A DNA stretch of 64,000 nucleotides from sequence record MZ443780.1. One strand, 5' to 3'. The position numbers and the translations under genes were made by a program. This document shows, piece by piece, positions 1-9,277 of the stretch (its first letter is position 1; every line of letters begins with the position of its first letter). The notes under the pieces were generated by a model. The model made no database searches and was not told where the DNA came from. It was given only the letters and a program-made list of their open reading frames with translations.

Positions 1-27
1 GGGTAGCTTAGGCTGCCCCTTCTTTTC
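1..27 (+). terminator. Intrinsic terminator of the gene upstream of the window
   Basis: GGGTAGC-TTAG-GCTGCCC then CTTCTTTT; stem nearly identical to that at 7120-7137. Confidence 0.65.
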
Positions 28-47
28 TCAATCTGGACTATCCCACA

Positions 48-2579
48 ATGGCGAAAACGAACAACAAGGCCGAGAAAAAGGCAGAGAAGAAAGCTAAAGT
101 CAAAGCCAAGAAAAGTGGCGCATCGGCTGTAGCTTCTGACGATATCGGCGGCGTAGAGGTCATGGGCTTTGACCTTGCGAGTTTGATGGACGATGTGCTT
201 GACGGCATCGAAAAGAAAACGAAAGTAAGCTCTCAGGATGCAGCACGTCACGCACCTCGTATTTCTACTGGTTGCCTTGCGCTTGACATGTACCTGTCTG
301 GTGGTATTGTACCGGGCGGTTGGTATACGTTCAGCGGCGGTGAGCAGTCGTGCAAGTCAACAATGACCATGAGTATCATGGCGAGCCTGATTCGTCTGCA
401 TTACTCTGGCATTAGTGTAGTGTTCGACTACGAAGGTTCAACCGATGCAGAGTACGTTGCTGGTCAGTTGAAGACGTTCGGCGTTAAAGTTGATCCGAAG
501 ACAATCTTCGGTGTGCGTGACGACGAAGACGGTAGTTGGATCGTTAAGCCTAAGATCCGTTACTATGCACCAGACAACGGTGAGCGCTTCTTCGATTATA
601 TGTCGATGCTGCGTCGTCGTCTGCCTGACAAGATCGTTGAGAAAGACGGCTCTGCGTACTACATCTTTGAGAACAACAAAGAGAACGCGAAGAAGCTGGC
701 TGGCAAGTACGACAAGAAATGGTTCAGTCGTAACAACCAGTTCAAAGTCGCTGCGCCTGACGGTCACATGCAAGCGATGGTTATCGTTGACTCTTATCCG
801 GCAATGCTGCCTGATCAGGTCGATGATGATGACGGTTCGAAAGCAATGGCGCTGCAAGCGCGTATGTTCTCTGACGGCATCAAACGTTTCCGTGGCGGTA
901 TGCGTCGTAAGATGATGACCATCGTTGGCGTTAACCAGTTGCGTCAGAAACCTGCTGTAATGTTCGGCAGCCCTGAGTATGAGCCCGGTGGCGATGCGTT
1001 GAAGTTCTACTGCTTCGACCGTGATACTCAGATTCGTACTAATCACGGTGTGCTGACTGCACCTCAGATCAAAGAGCTGTTGGACAACGGCACTGAGGTG
1101 AGCGTTGAGTCGTTCGATGGCTACCAGAAGATCAATGGTGCGTGGAAAGTTGAAGACGCTCCGTTCCCAATCGAACTGAACGCTGGTGGACACGCATACG
1201 TTGGTAGCGCTGAACACCGCCAGTTTACTTTCATGTTCGACACAACTGCTGATGGTATGGCCGTGCTGCGTCCTGAGTGGAATACGCTCAACCAGCTTGC
1301 TCAGTACCCAGAGCAGAAAGGTCAGTATGCAGCACTGCGCGTACCGCCTGTGAAAGAACTGAAAGAGAACGTGCCTGATGCGTTTGATGAAGCAAGCCAG
1401 CTCGTTAGTAACCTGCTTGGTAATGCTGACTTCGAAAGCGTACAACTGCCTCTGGCATCTTTCGGTGATACCACGTTCGCAGCGAACGTACTGACCACCA
1501 ATATGATTGGCGATCAGGACGATGTTCACACGTTCTCTTTGTGGGCACGTCACCTGCTGTCTATCGGTATCTACGCGTATGCTGACGAAAGCGGTCTGCA
1601 CATTCCGGGTCTGAACAAACATGAACTGGAAGCGGCTGTAGCGCAAGACGAACTCGGTGCGTTTGCTGGTATCAGCTTCGAAGCCACCAGCCGTCAACGT
1701 CAAACGCAGATGCTGTCTGTTATCGCTGACGTGTTCCCTGAACTGACTCGCTACGTTCTGGACTATCAGTTGCAGACCGGTCAGGATAAAATCTATCTGG
1801 GCCCAGAGCAAGACTTTGCTCAGGCACTCGATCTGATTCTGCACAAACAGATTGAAGGTTACGATGACCTGTACGATCTGCTGATGCAGCAACTGGCCTA
1901 CGTTGAAGACTGGTACAACTTCGACAACTCAATCGTTCCTGTTCCGTTCACGCTGAAAGCTATCGTGAATCCGACTGAGTTCTGGGATGTGAACGTTGCC
2001 GAAACGTCTGTTGTGATCACTAACGGCTTCGTCAGTCACAACTCTGATGTGCGTGTGCGTCTGGCCTCTCGTGCTGTTCCTGAAGGTTGGCCGAAACTCA
2101 AAGACGCTCCAGGCATCGTTGGTGAGAAGTCTGTTACTGTCGAAGGCGGCACTGACCGCTATCGTTTCATTGCTGCTAAGACCATCAAGAACAAGATGGG
2201 TGGCATCCCTAACCAGAGCACTTGGCTGCGCTTGTGGGAAGCTGACGGCAACGGTGAAGCGCGCGGCTTTGACCCAGTGTTTGATACGTGGCACTATCTG
2301 AAAACTCTCGGCCTGATTAACGGTACTCGTAAGAGCTTCAAGATCAAAGCGCCTTGCCCGCTCGCATCTGATGTTAAGATGGACTGGGATGACTTCCGTA
2401 CTCTCATCAACGGCAGCAAGACTCAGGTTGTCGATGTGTGTAAGAAACTGAAAGTCAAACCTGCTGGCTTGCGTCTGTGGTGCTTCAAGTTCGTGCAGTC
2501 CACCAAGGGCAACGAGATGTTGAAGAACGCTATCAGTAAGTCGGCGAAGTCTTCTAACGACGATGACGACGACGAGTAA
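48..2579 (+). CDS. recA: RecA/UvsX-like recombinase interrupted by an intein
   Basis: ISTGCLALDMYLSGG, P-loop GEQSCKST, DYEGS, IVDSY, QARMFS, VNQLR, MFGSPEYEPGGDALKFY|SDVRVRL, KTIKNKM; Lys-rich N-tail and acidic C-tail. Confidence 0.92.
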   Translation: MAKTNNKAEKKAEKKAKVKAKKSGASAVASDDIGGVEVMGFDLASLMDDVLDGIEKKTKVSSQDAARHAPRISTGCLALDMYLSGGIVPGGWYTFSGGEQSCKSTMTMSIMASLIRLHYSGISVVFDYEGSTDAEYVAGQLKTFGVKVDPKTIFGVRDDEDGSWIVKPKIRYYAPDNGERFFDYMSMLRRRLPDKIVEKDGSAYYIFENNKENAKKLAGKYDKKWFSRNNQFKVAAPDGHMQAMVIVDSYPAMLPDQVDDDDGSKAMALQARMFSDGIKRFRGGMRRKMMTIVGVNQLRQKPAVMFGSPEYEPGGDALKFYCFDRDTQIRTNHGVLTAPQIKELLDNGTEVSVESFDGYQKINGAWKVEDAPFPIELNAGGHAYVGSAEHRQFTFMFDTTADGMAVLRPEWNTLNQLAQYPEQKGQYAALRVPPVKELKENVPDAFDEASQLVSNLLGNADFESVQLPLASFGDTTFAANVLTTNMIGDQDDVHTFSLWARHLLSIGIYAYADESGLHIPGLNKHELEAAVAQDELGAFAGISFEATSRQRQTQMLSVIADVFPELTRYVLDYQLQTGQDKIYLGPEQDFAQALDLILHKQIEGYDDLYDLLMQQLAYVEDWYNFDNSIVPVPFTLKAIVNPTEFWDVNVAETSVVITNGFVSHNSDVRVRLASRAVPEGWPKLKDAPGIVGEKSVTVEGGTDRYRFIAAKTIKNKMGGIPNQSTWLRLWEADGNGEARGFDPVFDTWHYLKTLGLINGTRKSFKIKAPCPLASDVKMDWDDFRTLINGSKTQVVDVCKKLKVKPAGLRLWCFKFVQSTKGNEMLKNAISKSAKSSNDDDDDE
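1011..2042 (+). mobile_element. Intein (344 aa) in RecA with a degenerate central region
   Basis: Begins CFDRDTQI, block-B-like SAEH, block F/G FWDVNV...TNGFVSHN then Ser +1; removing it restores ALKFY-SDVRVRL. Confidence 0.9.
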
Positions 2580-2586
2580 CACACGC

Positions 2587-2613
2587 GGGAGGGCTTCGGC
2601 TCTCCCATCTTTT
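2587..2613 (+). terminator. Intrinsic terminator after recA
   Basis: GGGAGGGC-TTCG-GCTCTCCC then ATCTTTT. Confidence 0.8.
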
Positions 2614-2629
2614 GTTTGAGGAGAATGTA

Positions 2630-3058
2630 ATGCGCACTCAAATCTTTACCGCTGATATCCTTAATCTGGAAACAGTGACTGTCAACGAAGAAGACGGTAG
2701 TGAAGTTCGTACACCCACTATCGTGCCTAACGTTGAAGGCGAACCTGAGTTTAACATCTACACCATTCAGTCTCTGATTCAGTCAACAACTACCGGCGAG
2801 CCTGTGTCTGACACGCGCCTGATTGTGTTGATCACACCTGACCTGCTGGCGGGCTTCTCTACTAACGGTTTGGAAAACTACTTCGACCCTATTGCTCGCG
2901 TCGAAGATATCGCTGCTGGTAACGTCGGTAGCGTCCTCGGCAAACAGGTTGTTATCAACGATAAGTCTGTTGCGCCGTGTCTTGCAGTAGCAAACGTTAG
3001 CGATGTTGAAGAGGGTGTAACTATCCTCGCATACAGCGCAGCGCAGGTAAAACTGTAA
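2630..3058 (+). CDS. Hypothetical protein
   Basis: GAGGAG SD before ATG 2630; strong codon bias. Confidence 0.75.
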   Translation: MRTQIFTADILNLETVTVNEEDGSEVRTPTIVPNVEGEPEFNIYTIQSLIQSTTTGEPVSDTRLIVLITPDLLAGFSTNGLENYFDPIARVEDIAAGNVGSVLGKQVVINDKSVAPCLAVANVSDVEEGVTILAYSAAQVKL

Positions 3059-3112
3059 ATACTGATCAACAACCGAACACAAATGCTGTGTGTAGTCTCG
3101 CCCGTCTTGGGC

Positions 3113-3145
3113 ATGGGAGAGCCGGATGGCCTCCCATTTTTTTTT
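3113..3145 (+). terminator. Intrinsic terminator
   Basis: ATGGGAG..GCC-GGAT-GGC-CTCCCAT then a run of T. Confidence 0.85.
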
Positions 3146-3161
3146 ATTCTGAGGAATTTTT

Positions 3162-4235
3162 ATGAGCCAGCATAAAACTGAATTGTGGGATGAAGCTCTA
3201 GGCGGTGCACTGTCTGCTAAATACAATCAAACGGCTGAGTACGTCCCCGTGATTCGTAGCGTCAATGCACGACTCGTCGAGGAGATTGCTCCATTCCGTA
3301 GACGGCTTGTTGCGGGGTTTGAAAAGTTCCTGACTGACGCTAAAGGTAAGATTGAATACTTCGGTCCTTCACTCGAACAGTTCGCGTTATGGCTACAGCC
3401 GAACGGTAACTTCCAAAAGTCTGACTATGATATTGCTGTATTGTCTCATACGCATACCCATTTCTTTTGGCAGTATACCCGAGCAGAGTTTGAGTTCGAA
3501 GAAGAAGTGATGGAGCATATCATCGAATCAGAAACACCTACCAAGATACCAGCGTCAATCATCAAGCAACTTCCTTACTGGACTCAATGGGTACGCGCAC
3601 CTATAGGCGTTGATATCACAGGGGAACCTGCTGCATCTCAAGGCGCTAACCTGCACTTCTTTGGCGCTCTTGTGAGTTATTTGCGCTACGACAATAAAAC
3701 GTTTCTGAATCTAAACGCGCCTGTGTTTACTGAGCGTGGGGATTGGAAAGACCCAGCGCTTATGGCTGCTAACGTTCGCGTGTGCATTGATGATGACATT
3801 GACTTCACCGACCCGAATACAATCATTCCTTATATGCAGGGTACGCATGAAAATTTGAGTGAGGAAATGAAACAAAAGATATTCGGTGCTGTGCGTGAAT
3901 GGGCGCCGAAGATGATCAGTTGTGTGTTATTCTTGTGCTCCCAGCAAGAAGCAGTATACAAACAGGGTGCAGTGCAGCAAGCAGTTCGCCGTAAAGGCAA
4001 CAACTATAAAATGCAAGCGCTGTCCAAATCGAAACAGTTTACGGTCGGCGGTGAGTTCGTTGACCAAATACGTGAGTACGAAGCTGACGCTATGCGCTCT
4101 GCATCAGGGCAGCGCCGTGCTCATATCAGACGTGGGCACTATCACCACTTCTGGACAGGGCCAAAAACAGGTGAGCGTAAACTCATTTGCAAATGGCTTC
4201 CACCGAGCATTGTTCGCGGTACTGCCGCAGAGTAA
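3162..4235 (+). CDS. AcrVA2/FinQ-family-like protein
   Basis: WQYTRAEFEFEEEV..IPASIIKQLPYW, VLFLCS, FTVGGEF..QIREY and C-terminal RAHIRRGHYHHFWTG..KWLPP, collinear with AcrVA2 as I recall it. Confidence 0.7.
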   Translation: MSQHKTELWDEALGGALSAKYNQTAEYVPVIRSVNARLVEEIAPFRRRLVAGFEKFLTDAKGKIEYFGPSLEQFALWLQPNGNFQKSDYDIAVLSHTHTHFFWQYTRAEFEFEEEVMEHIIESETPTKIPASIIKQLPYWTQWVRAPIGVDITGEPAASQGANLHFFGALVSYLRYDNKTFLNLNAPVFTERGDWKDPALMAANVRVCIDDDIDFTDPNTIIPYMQGTHENLSEEMKQKIFGAVREWAPKMISCVLFLCSQQEAVYKQGAVQQAVRRKGNNYKMQALSKSKQFTVGGEFVDQIREYEADAMRSASGQRRAHIRRGHYHHFWTGPKTGERKLICKWLPPSIVRGTAAE

Positions 4236-4283
4236 TAGCTCTTTTCTAAACTCCACGTATGGGCGTTATGCCCGGAGGTTAAT

Positions 4284-5042
4284 ATGTCCCGTGTACAAAC
4301 TCTATGGATTCCAGATATGGAATCGTATGAACCTTATGTCCGTTCTCTGTGCCATATGGCGCGAGCGCTGGAAAACAATGGCCTGAACTATGGTAAGTTG
4401 AAACGCGTAGTTGTTATCGGCCTGTCGAAACGCAGTGTTGAGTCTTACGTTAAACAACTGCTTAACTCTAACACTCTGCCTAACACTCTCGTCTGTTTCG
4501 GTATCGACGAAGCGCCTGACAGCCACAAAGAATTTTCGTTCATCGGCTCGCATGTTGTGTTGATGCACGACCTGACGTATGCCGGTGACAATGCGATGCA
4601 CCGTGTGTCTCAACGTGTTCTCGAAATAATCCTGAGCTTGAAGCCTAAGCCACAAGACACTGAGCTTAAAAATGGTGCGCTGTCTCTCGTATACCAGAAT
4701 CCTATGCTCTGGTCATTCATACGTGACACTGGCTCAAGTATGTACGGACACAGCCGTCACATTCAATACGCAGAAGGGATCGCATCGACTGTCGGCGTAG
4801 ATCAACTAATGTCCTGCGAGAACAACGAGGACTTCCATAAGCTCCATGCGCAGACAATCACAATCGGCCAAGAGTTCTTCTACGTTAAGACCTCAGAACT
4901 GCTGTCAAGGTTAGGCAGTCTTAGTTGGTCGCTCGGCTGCATAAACAGTGAGTTCAGAGCCGACTATAAAATCGTGCTGCATGAGGATCTGCGCATACCA
5001 ATCTTCGAAGAATTTCTGTTAGGTGACTTCGGGGGCTTTTAA
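4284..5042 (+). CDS. Hypothetical protein
   Basis: GGAGG SD; 252 aa; no motif recognised. Confidence 0.75.
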   Translation: MSRVQTLWIPDMESYEPYVRSLCHMARALENNGLNYGKLKRVVVIGLSKRSVESYVKQLLNSNTLPNTLVCFGIDEAPDSHKEFSFIGSHVVLMHDLTYAGDNAMHRVSQRVLEIILSLKPKPQDTELKNGALSLVYQNPMLWSFIRDTGSSMYGHSRHIQYAEGIASTVGVDQLMSCENNEDFHKLHAQTITIGQEFFYVKTSELLSRLGSLSWSLGCINSEFRADYKIVLHEDLRIPIFEEFLLGDFGGF

Positions 5043-5115
5043 GAATATTCTTAGCCTGCTCTCTAATTTCTATATGTTGGCAAGTAGTGCTGACGTATCG
5101 TTATTGGAGAATAAC

Positions 5116-5376
5116 ATGTGCGAACGTAGCCATCTGCGGTTGAAGTACCTCGCACGGTCATCGAACTGGTGCAATAATAAAGTAAACGCTTGTAGTGAGC
5201 GGAAGGCGAGAGATGTTCAGTGCGAAGAATTTTTGGCTGCGACCAAAGATTGTCGTTCGATTCAGAACTCGTCCAGTGTTGTTTCTTTCTTCTCTGGCCA
5301 AGAGCTTGTTGGTCAGGCTATCTGGCGTGAGATAGAGGGAGACAACATGCTTCAATTCCGGTTGCTACTTGCTTAA
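5116..5376 (+). CDS. Hypothetical protein
   Basis: GGAG SD before ATG 5116; ends just before a terminator. Confidence 0.6.
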   Translation: MCERSHLRLKYLARSSNWCNNKVNACSERKARDVQCEEFLAATKDCRSIQNSSSVVSFFSGQELVGQAIWREIEGDNMLQFRLLLA

Positions 5377-5380
5377 CGAC

Positions 5381-5420
5381 AAAAGGGCTTTCAGAGAAAA
5401 TCTGATGGCCCTTTTCTTAT
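5381..5420 (+). terminator. Intrinsic terminator, possibly bidirectional
   Basis: AAAAGGGC..TCAGA-GAAAA-TCTGA..GCCCTTTTCTTAT. Confidence 0.75.
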
Positions 5421-5471
5421 TCTATTGCTAATTTTCATCGACAAACACACTAACCGAATCTGAGGTAATTT

Positions 5472-7112
5472 ATGTCTTTGATTTCACTTAAAGGCGTAGC
5501 GTCCACATCTGCCCCTACCAAAGCGCAGAAAGATGCTGCTGTCTATATGTTTGGCTCTAAGGGCCATTCAATCGTTGCTGTGCTCGACAAATTCAGTCGT
5601 GCGAAAGAGCTACGCACCGCACACGTTGACGGTATGCTCAAGATGATGAAAGAAGGTGAAGATGACGAGATCATCAAGTTCACCGAGTCTGCTGCGGGTC
5701 GTAAGGCAATCGCTGCTGCTAAAGCATTCGCCGTAGCTAAAACGCTGACCGCCAGTATCAAAGCGCTGAAACTGATTCGCGTTCCTGTTAAGTGGGTAGC
5801 TGGTCATTCAGACGCGGCTGCTGCGCGTATCACCGAGACAAAAGAGATTCGTGCTCGCAAGTCTGCTGCTGGTAAAGCAGAGAAGCCGATCAAGCTCGAC
5901 AACCCGGGCGCACCTGAGTCTACCACAGTAGACAACAAAGTGATTGACGCGAAGAAAGGTTCTGCAACACCGGCAACCGATGACGTAAGCGTGATTGACC
6001 GTGTAGTCAAAAACCCTTCTATCAAAAACACGTCTATCATTATCCGCCGCCTCTTTAAAGGCCATGAGACTACATCTTCATTGATGTTCCGCAAGGGTGT
6101 CGGTACTCAATCGACGCTTCTGGGTCTTGGGTCTCACGGCAACGGACACGAGACTGGTGCCGGACTGCTGGTGGCTGCATTCAAAGCTACCGGCATCAAA
6201 CCTAAGTGGTACTTAGCTGATGCTGGCGATGCTGCTTTCGATTTAGGTTCTGCTGCAAACGTAACGAAAGTGTTCAAGTGGTTGTCTGCGAGAAAGCCGG
6301 GCGAAACTTTTGCTGCCACTGCGAAGCTGCCTAAATCTGGTAAAGTACCTGCAGGTGCAACGCGTGTTGTGCGCGATCATATCGGCAAGCCTGAGCCTGT
6401 GTCGAAAGAAAAACTCGCTTCTTCGACGTTTGATTTTGTAGGCGTTAAGTCTGCTGCTGGTGGCGCACTTAAACTGCAATTCAAACAACCGAAGAATGAC
6501 AACGAATGGTCACTGACAATCCGTCGTGATAAAGACTCTATTACGAGTGACCACGATGGTTCTTCTGGCTACCAGACTGCTGAGTCTTTCCTGCAACGCG
6601 GTATTACTGCAATCGGCGGTTCTGTTGTCGCAGAGCACCAGCAGCCGGGCAGCGCGATCTTCCAGTTTGCGAGCGAAGATCAGGCTAAAGCATATATTGC
6701 TTGGCTTAAAAAGCAGAAAGCTCAAACCATCAACTACAAAACTGAGCCTAAGATCACGGTAACCAAAGCTGCTTCATACACACCGTCAGGTAAAACTGAT
6801 GTTTCGCTGGTGGATGAAATGGCAGAAGTACCTGCACGTAAGATCGCAGCCAAACCTTTGCAGGCGCGTGAAGAATATTTCAATGCTCTGCGCAACATCC
6901 TGCAAAACAATCTGCCTAAGTCAGAAGTGTCCGCAACATCTAACGGTGTTGTCGTAGCGAAAGGCACCAAGATGTACACGATTCGCCTCGACGATAAATC
7001 GTGGACAATTCAGACTGGCGTTACTGGCAAGACAAAACGTATCGGCGCAACGTTCGATATCGTTGATCTGCTCGGCATGATCGACAAGTCAATTCTGAGT
7101 CCCAAAGCGTAA
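5472..7112 (+). CDS. Lys/Ala-rich protein with an internal ~54-aa duplication; possible virion internal protein
   Basis: GAGGT SD; gap-free internal repeat; the virion role is inference only. Confidence 0.7.
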   Translation: MSLISLKGVASTSAPTKAQKDAAVYMFGSKGHSIVAVLDKFSRAKELRTAHVDGMLKMMKEGEDDEIIKFTESAAGRKAIAAAKAFAVAKTLTASIKALKLIRVPVKWVAGHSDAAAARITETKEIRARKSAAGKAEKPIKLDNPGAPESTTVDNKVIDAKKGSATPATDDVSVIDRVVKNPSIKNTSIIIRRLFKGHETTSSLMFRKGVGTQSTLLGLGSHGNGHETGAGLLVAAFKATGIKPKWYLADAGDAAFDLGSAANVTKVFKWLSARKPGETFAATAKLPKSGKVPAGATRVVRDHIGKPEPVSKEKLASSTFDFVGVKSAAGGALKLQFKQPKNDNEWSLTIRRDKDSITSDHDGSSGYQTAESFLQRGITAIGGSVVAEHQQPGSAIFQFASEDQAKAYIAWLKKQKAQTINYKTEPKITVTKAASYTPSGKTDVSLVDEMAEVPARKIAAKPLQAREEYFNALRNILQNNLPKSEVSATSNGVVVAKGTKMYTIRLDDKSWTIQTGVTGKTKRIGATFDIVDLLGMIDKSILSPKA

Positions 7113-7118
7113 ACAAAG

Positions 7119-7144
7119 AGGGTAGCTTCGGCTGCCCTTTTTTA
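7119..7144 (+). terminator. Intrinsic terminator
   Basis: AGGGTAGC-TTCG-GCTGCCCT-TTTTTT. Confidence 0.85.
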
Positions 7145-7209
7145 CGTCTGATCGACCTGAAAAGTGACTGTGACTTAACTCAAACTGAGACTGCCCAAGA
7201 TCTGCGAAG

Positions 7210-7265
7210 TCTGCAAATAACTGGTCAAAATAGCTCTTTATACGCACACGCGCCCGTGATACAAT
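7210..7265 (+). promoter_or_regulatory. Class I early promoter (UP-like box + extended -10)
   Basis: TCTGCAAATAACTGGTCAAAAT ... TG-A-TACAAT; the -10 starts 38 nt after the T of TGG. Confidence 0.75.
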
Positions 7266-7318
7266 ATATGCAGACGCTACACAACGTAGCACATACAACT
7301 AATGCTGAGGAGCATACA

Positions 7319-7645
7319 ATGAAAACTTACAACGCTGAGAACAAACACGAAATCGAAGAATTTGCGGCTGAGATCAACAAACGCATGAAGCGTACCGATG
7401 CGAAAGCAATCGTGACCAACGCCTACGCAGACGACGAGTTTTGTTTGATGGTTGTTGAGTGGGACGCAGAACTGAATGAAGAAACTGGCGAGTGTGGTTA
7501 CTTCATTGATATCCCGAGCGAAGACGGCGAGAAGCATCGCATCACTTATGCAGGTGTGCCTCACCCCGAAGATAAAGAGTACGTGTTCTACTTCGACATG
7601 TACGAAGAATTGATGCCTGAGATTGAACGTCTGAATCTCGCCTAA
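7319..7645 (+). CDS. Small acidic hypothetical protein
   Basis: GAGGAG SD directly after a class I promoter. Confidence 0.75.
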   Translation: MKTYNAENKHEIEEFAAEINKRMKRTDAKAIVTNAYADDEFCLMVVEWDAELNEETGECGYFIDIPSEDGEKHRITYAGVPHPEDKEYVFYFDMYEELMPEIERLNLA

Positions 7646-7698
7646 GCAAATATCTGGTCAAAAGCGCCGTTGCTTGAAAACGTGTGACGGCGTATTAT
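7646..7698 (+). promoter_or_regulatory. Class I early promoter
   Basis: GCAAATATCTGGTCAAAAG ... TTGCTT-17-TATTAT; offset 38. Confidence 0.7.
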
Positions 7699-7747
7699 GT
7701 AATCTCTAGCGCAATGACGCGCTCAACACTGAAAGAGGCAACAAACA

Positions 7748-7987
7748 ATGGCTGAGAAACAAGTAGTTCTTGATCTGATCGCAGACGTAGCATCACCTAC
7801 AGAAGTTATCTTCGAAGACGGTCAATCGTCTAATGAGTGGCTCGCACCGTACGATTTGCGCCTCACCGTGTCACTGCACACTGGCCCGAACGGCTACCCC
7901 GAAGTGAACATCATCGGCGATGAAGACGATCTGAAACGCTTCTTGTCTGAACACGACTTTGAAGGTTCAGTCGAAGACGTGAAGTAA
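7748..7987 (+). CDS. Small acidic hypothetical protein (GPNGYPEV motif)
   Basis: GAGG SD; bounded by a promoter and a terminator. Confidence 0.75.
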   Translation: MAEKQVVLDLIADVASPTEVIFEDGQSSNEWLAPYDLRLTVSLHTGPNGYPEVNIIGDEDDLKRFLSEHDFEGSVEDVK

Positions 7988-7994
7988 GTTGTTT

Positions 7995-8021
7995 GAGCGG
8001 GGCTTCGGCCTCGCTTCTTTT
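7995..8021 (+). terminator. Intrinsic terminator
   Basis: GAGCGGGGC-TTCG-GCCTCGCTT-CTTTT. Confidence 0.75.
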
Positions 8022-8044
8022 ATTCTGCCGAAGAGAAAGTAACT

Positions 8045-8551
8045 ATGAAGAATCAATATCTCGTTATTCGCATGAGTGCCGTTGACATATACGACCGTAC
8101 ATTTCTAATGCGTGGCTTCAATATGAAGCGCATCGAAAAAGTTATCGGCGTTATCGCTGTCGTCGGTGAAGGTCTGCTGACTTCTGATTCTAAGATGTAC
8201 CATCTGTCTCGCGTCAACATCGATCTGTTGGCGTCTGATACACAGCAGAGCTGGGGACGCCTGAGCTGGTCAAGCATTGACGCCACGCTCATTGATTCTG
8301 GTATGCGCCGTCTGCCGCCAGAACTGCTTGATAGAATTAAGGCAATGCGCACTAATCGCATCTATTACGGCGTCGATACGACGATACCAGAAGCGTTTCG
8401 TGACTGTCACACTGAGTTGGTGTATACGCCAAGCGCCGCTCGCAAGTTAGTAGATCGCGCCGAGAAACTTGCTGCGTTGAGTGAGTACAGCGTAGAAGAT
8501 ATTATCGCTCACCTGAAAACGCGCATTGAAGGCGTCACTATAGCTTTCTAA
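8045..8551 (+). CDS. Hypothetical protein
   Basis: 168-aa ORF in the + strand gene string. Confidence 0.7.
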   Translation: MKNQYLVIRMSAVDIYDRTFLMRGFNMKRIEKVIGVIAVVGEGLLTSDSKMYHLSRVNIDLLASDTQQSWGRLSWSSIDATLIDSGMRRLPPELLDRIKAMRTNRIYYGVDTTIPEAFRDCHTELVYTPSAARKLVDRAEKLAALSEYSVEDIIAHLKTRIEGVTIAF

Positions 8552-8613
8552 TCGTTATCTGACTGTGGCGTTACGGCGCCACGTACTTCACAACTTAATT
8601 GAGAGAACATGCC

Positions 8614-9228
8614 ATGAACCTCGTAACAACTTTCTTCGTCAAACGCTCTTACGCTTCACTCGCCGCTGGCAGTTTTGCAATCGACGCCAAACACGTTCAA
8701 GAGCTGATTGAATGTGAGTGCATGATCGTACACGTCGATACAGGCCATCGTAATGCGTTCGCCTTGAAGAACATCGCTCTGACGCCTATCGACGAGCACA
8801 ACGTGCGCGTTACGTTCGACCCTCTGACAGACGCACACGCAATGCCGTCTTCTGTCATGCCGAAAGATCTGAAAGGCAGTATTCAAGTCTATGGCATGTA
8901 CAGTGAAGATTTGAAAGACGTGCCGCGCTTCGACGTGTCAAACGATGCGTCAGGCAACAACCCAAACATTCTGTCGCTTGATCTTGAATGCCGCCAGCGC
9001 CTGATGCAGTATCACGGTGGCATGTGTACGCTGACCGAACTGTGCCTGTCACTCTTTGAGAAAGGCATTCACATTGTCGATATTCATCACAACGTCAAAC
9101 AGCACGATCACGGCGTCGGCGTTTTCACTCAGCGCTATCGCACTGCGTTTGAGCTGAACAAAGACAACGGCATTAAACGCCACAACGATGATTATCCAGT
9201 TCTGGCGCGTATGACTGTTTTAATGTAA
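8614..9228 (+). CDS. Hypothetical protein
   Basis: GAGAG SD; ATG 8614 preferred over the TTG at 8599. Confidence 0.7.
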   Translation: MNLVTTFFVKRSYASLAAGSFAIDAKHVQELIECECMIVHVDTGHRNAFALKNIALTPIDEHNVRVTFDPLTDAHAMPSSVMPKDLKGSIQVYGMYSEDLKDVPRFDVSNDASGNNPNILSLDLECRQRLMQYHGGMCTLTELCLSLFEKGIHIVDIHHNVKQHDHGVGVFTQRYRTAFELNKDNGIKRHNDDYPVLARMTVLM

Positions 9229-9237
9229 ACACACAAT

Positions 9238-9261
9238 GCCTCGCAACGTGCGGGGCTTTTT
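9238..9261 (+). terminator. Intrinsic terminator
   Basis: GCCTCGCA-ACG-TGCGGGGC-TTTTT. Confidence 0.8.
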
Positions 9262-9277
9262 CTATTTGGAGAATGTT

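Noticed and set aside
336-362. RecA P-loop GEQSCKST (Cys for Gly) as a sign of inactivation
   Set aside because: The catalytic Lys-Ser/Thr and other motifs are intact, and phage UvsX-type proteins often deviate here
7222-7265. TGGACA/TGGTCA as a displaced -35 brought into register by hairpin extrusion
   Set aside because: Several copies already have a TTG-type hexamer at 17-18 bp (TTGCTT, TTGTCT, TTGTAT, TTGTTA), the box fits the UP-element register, and hairpin sizes do not consistently remove 15 nt
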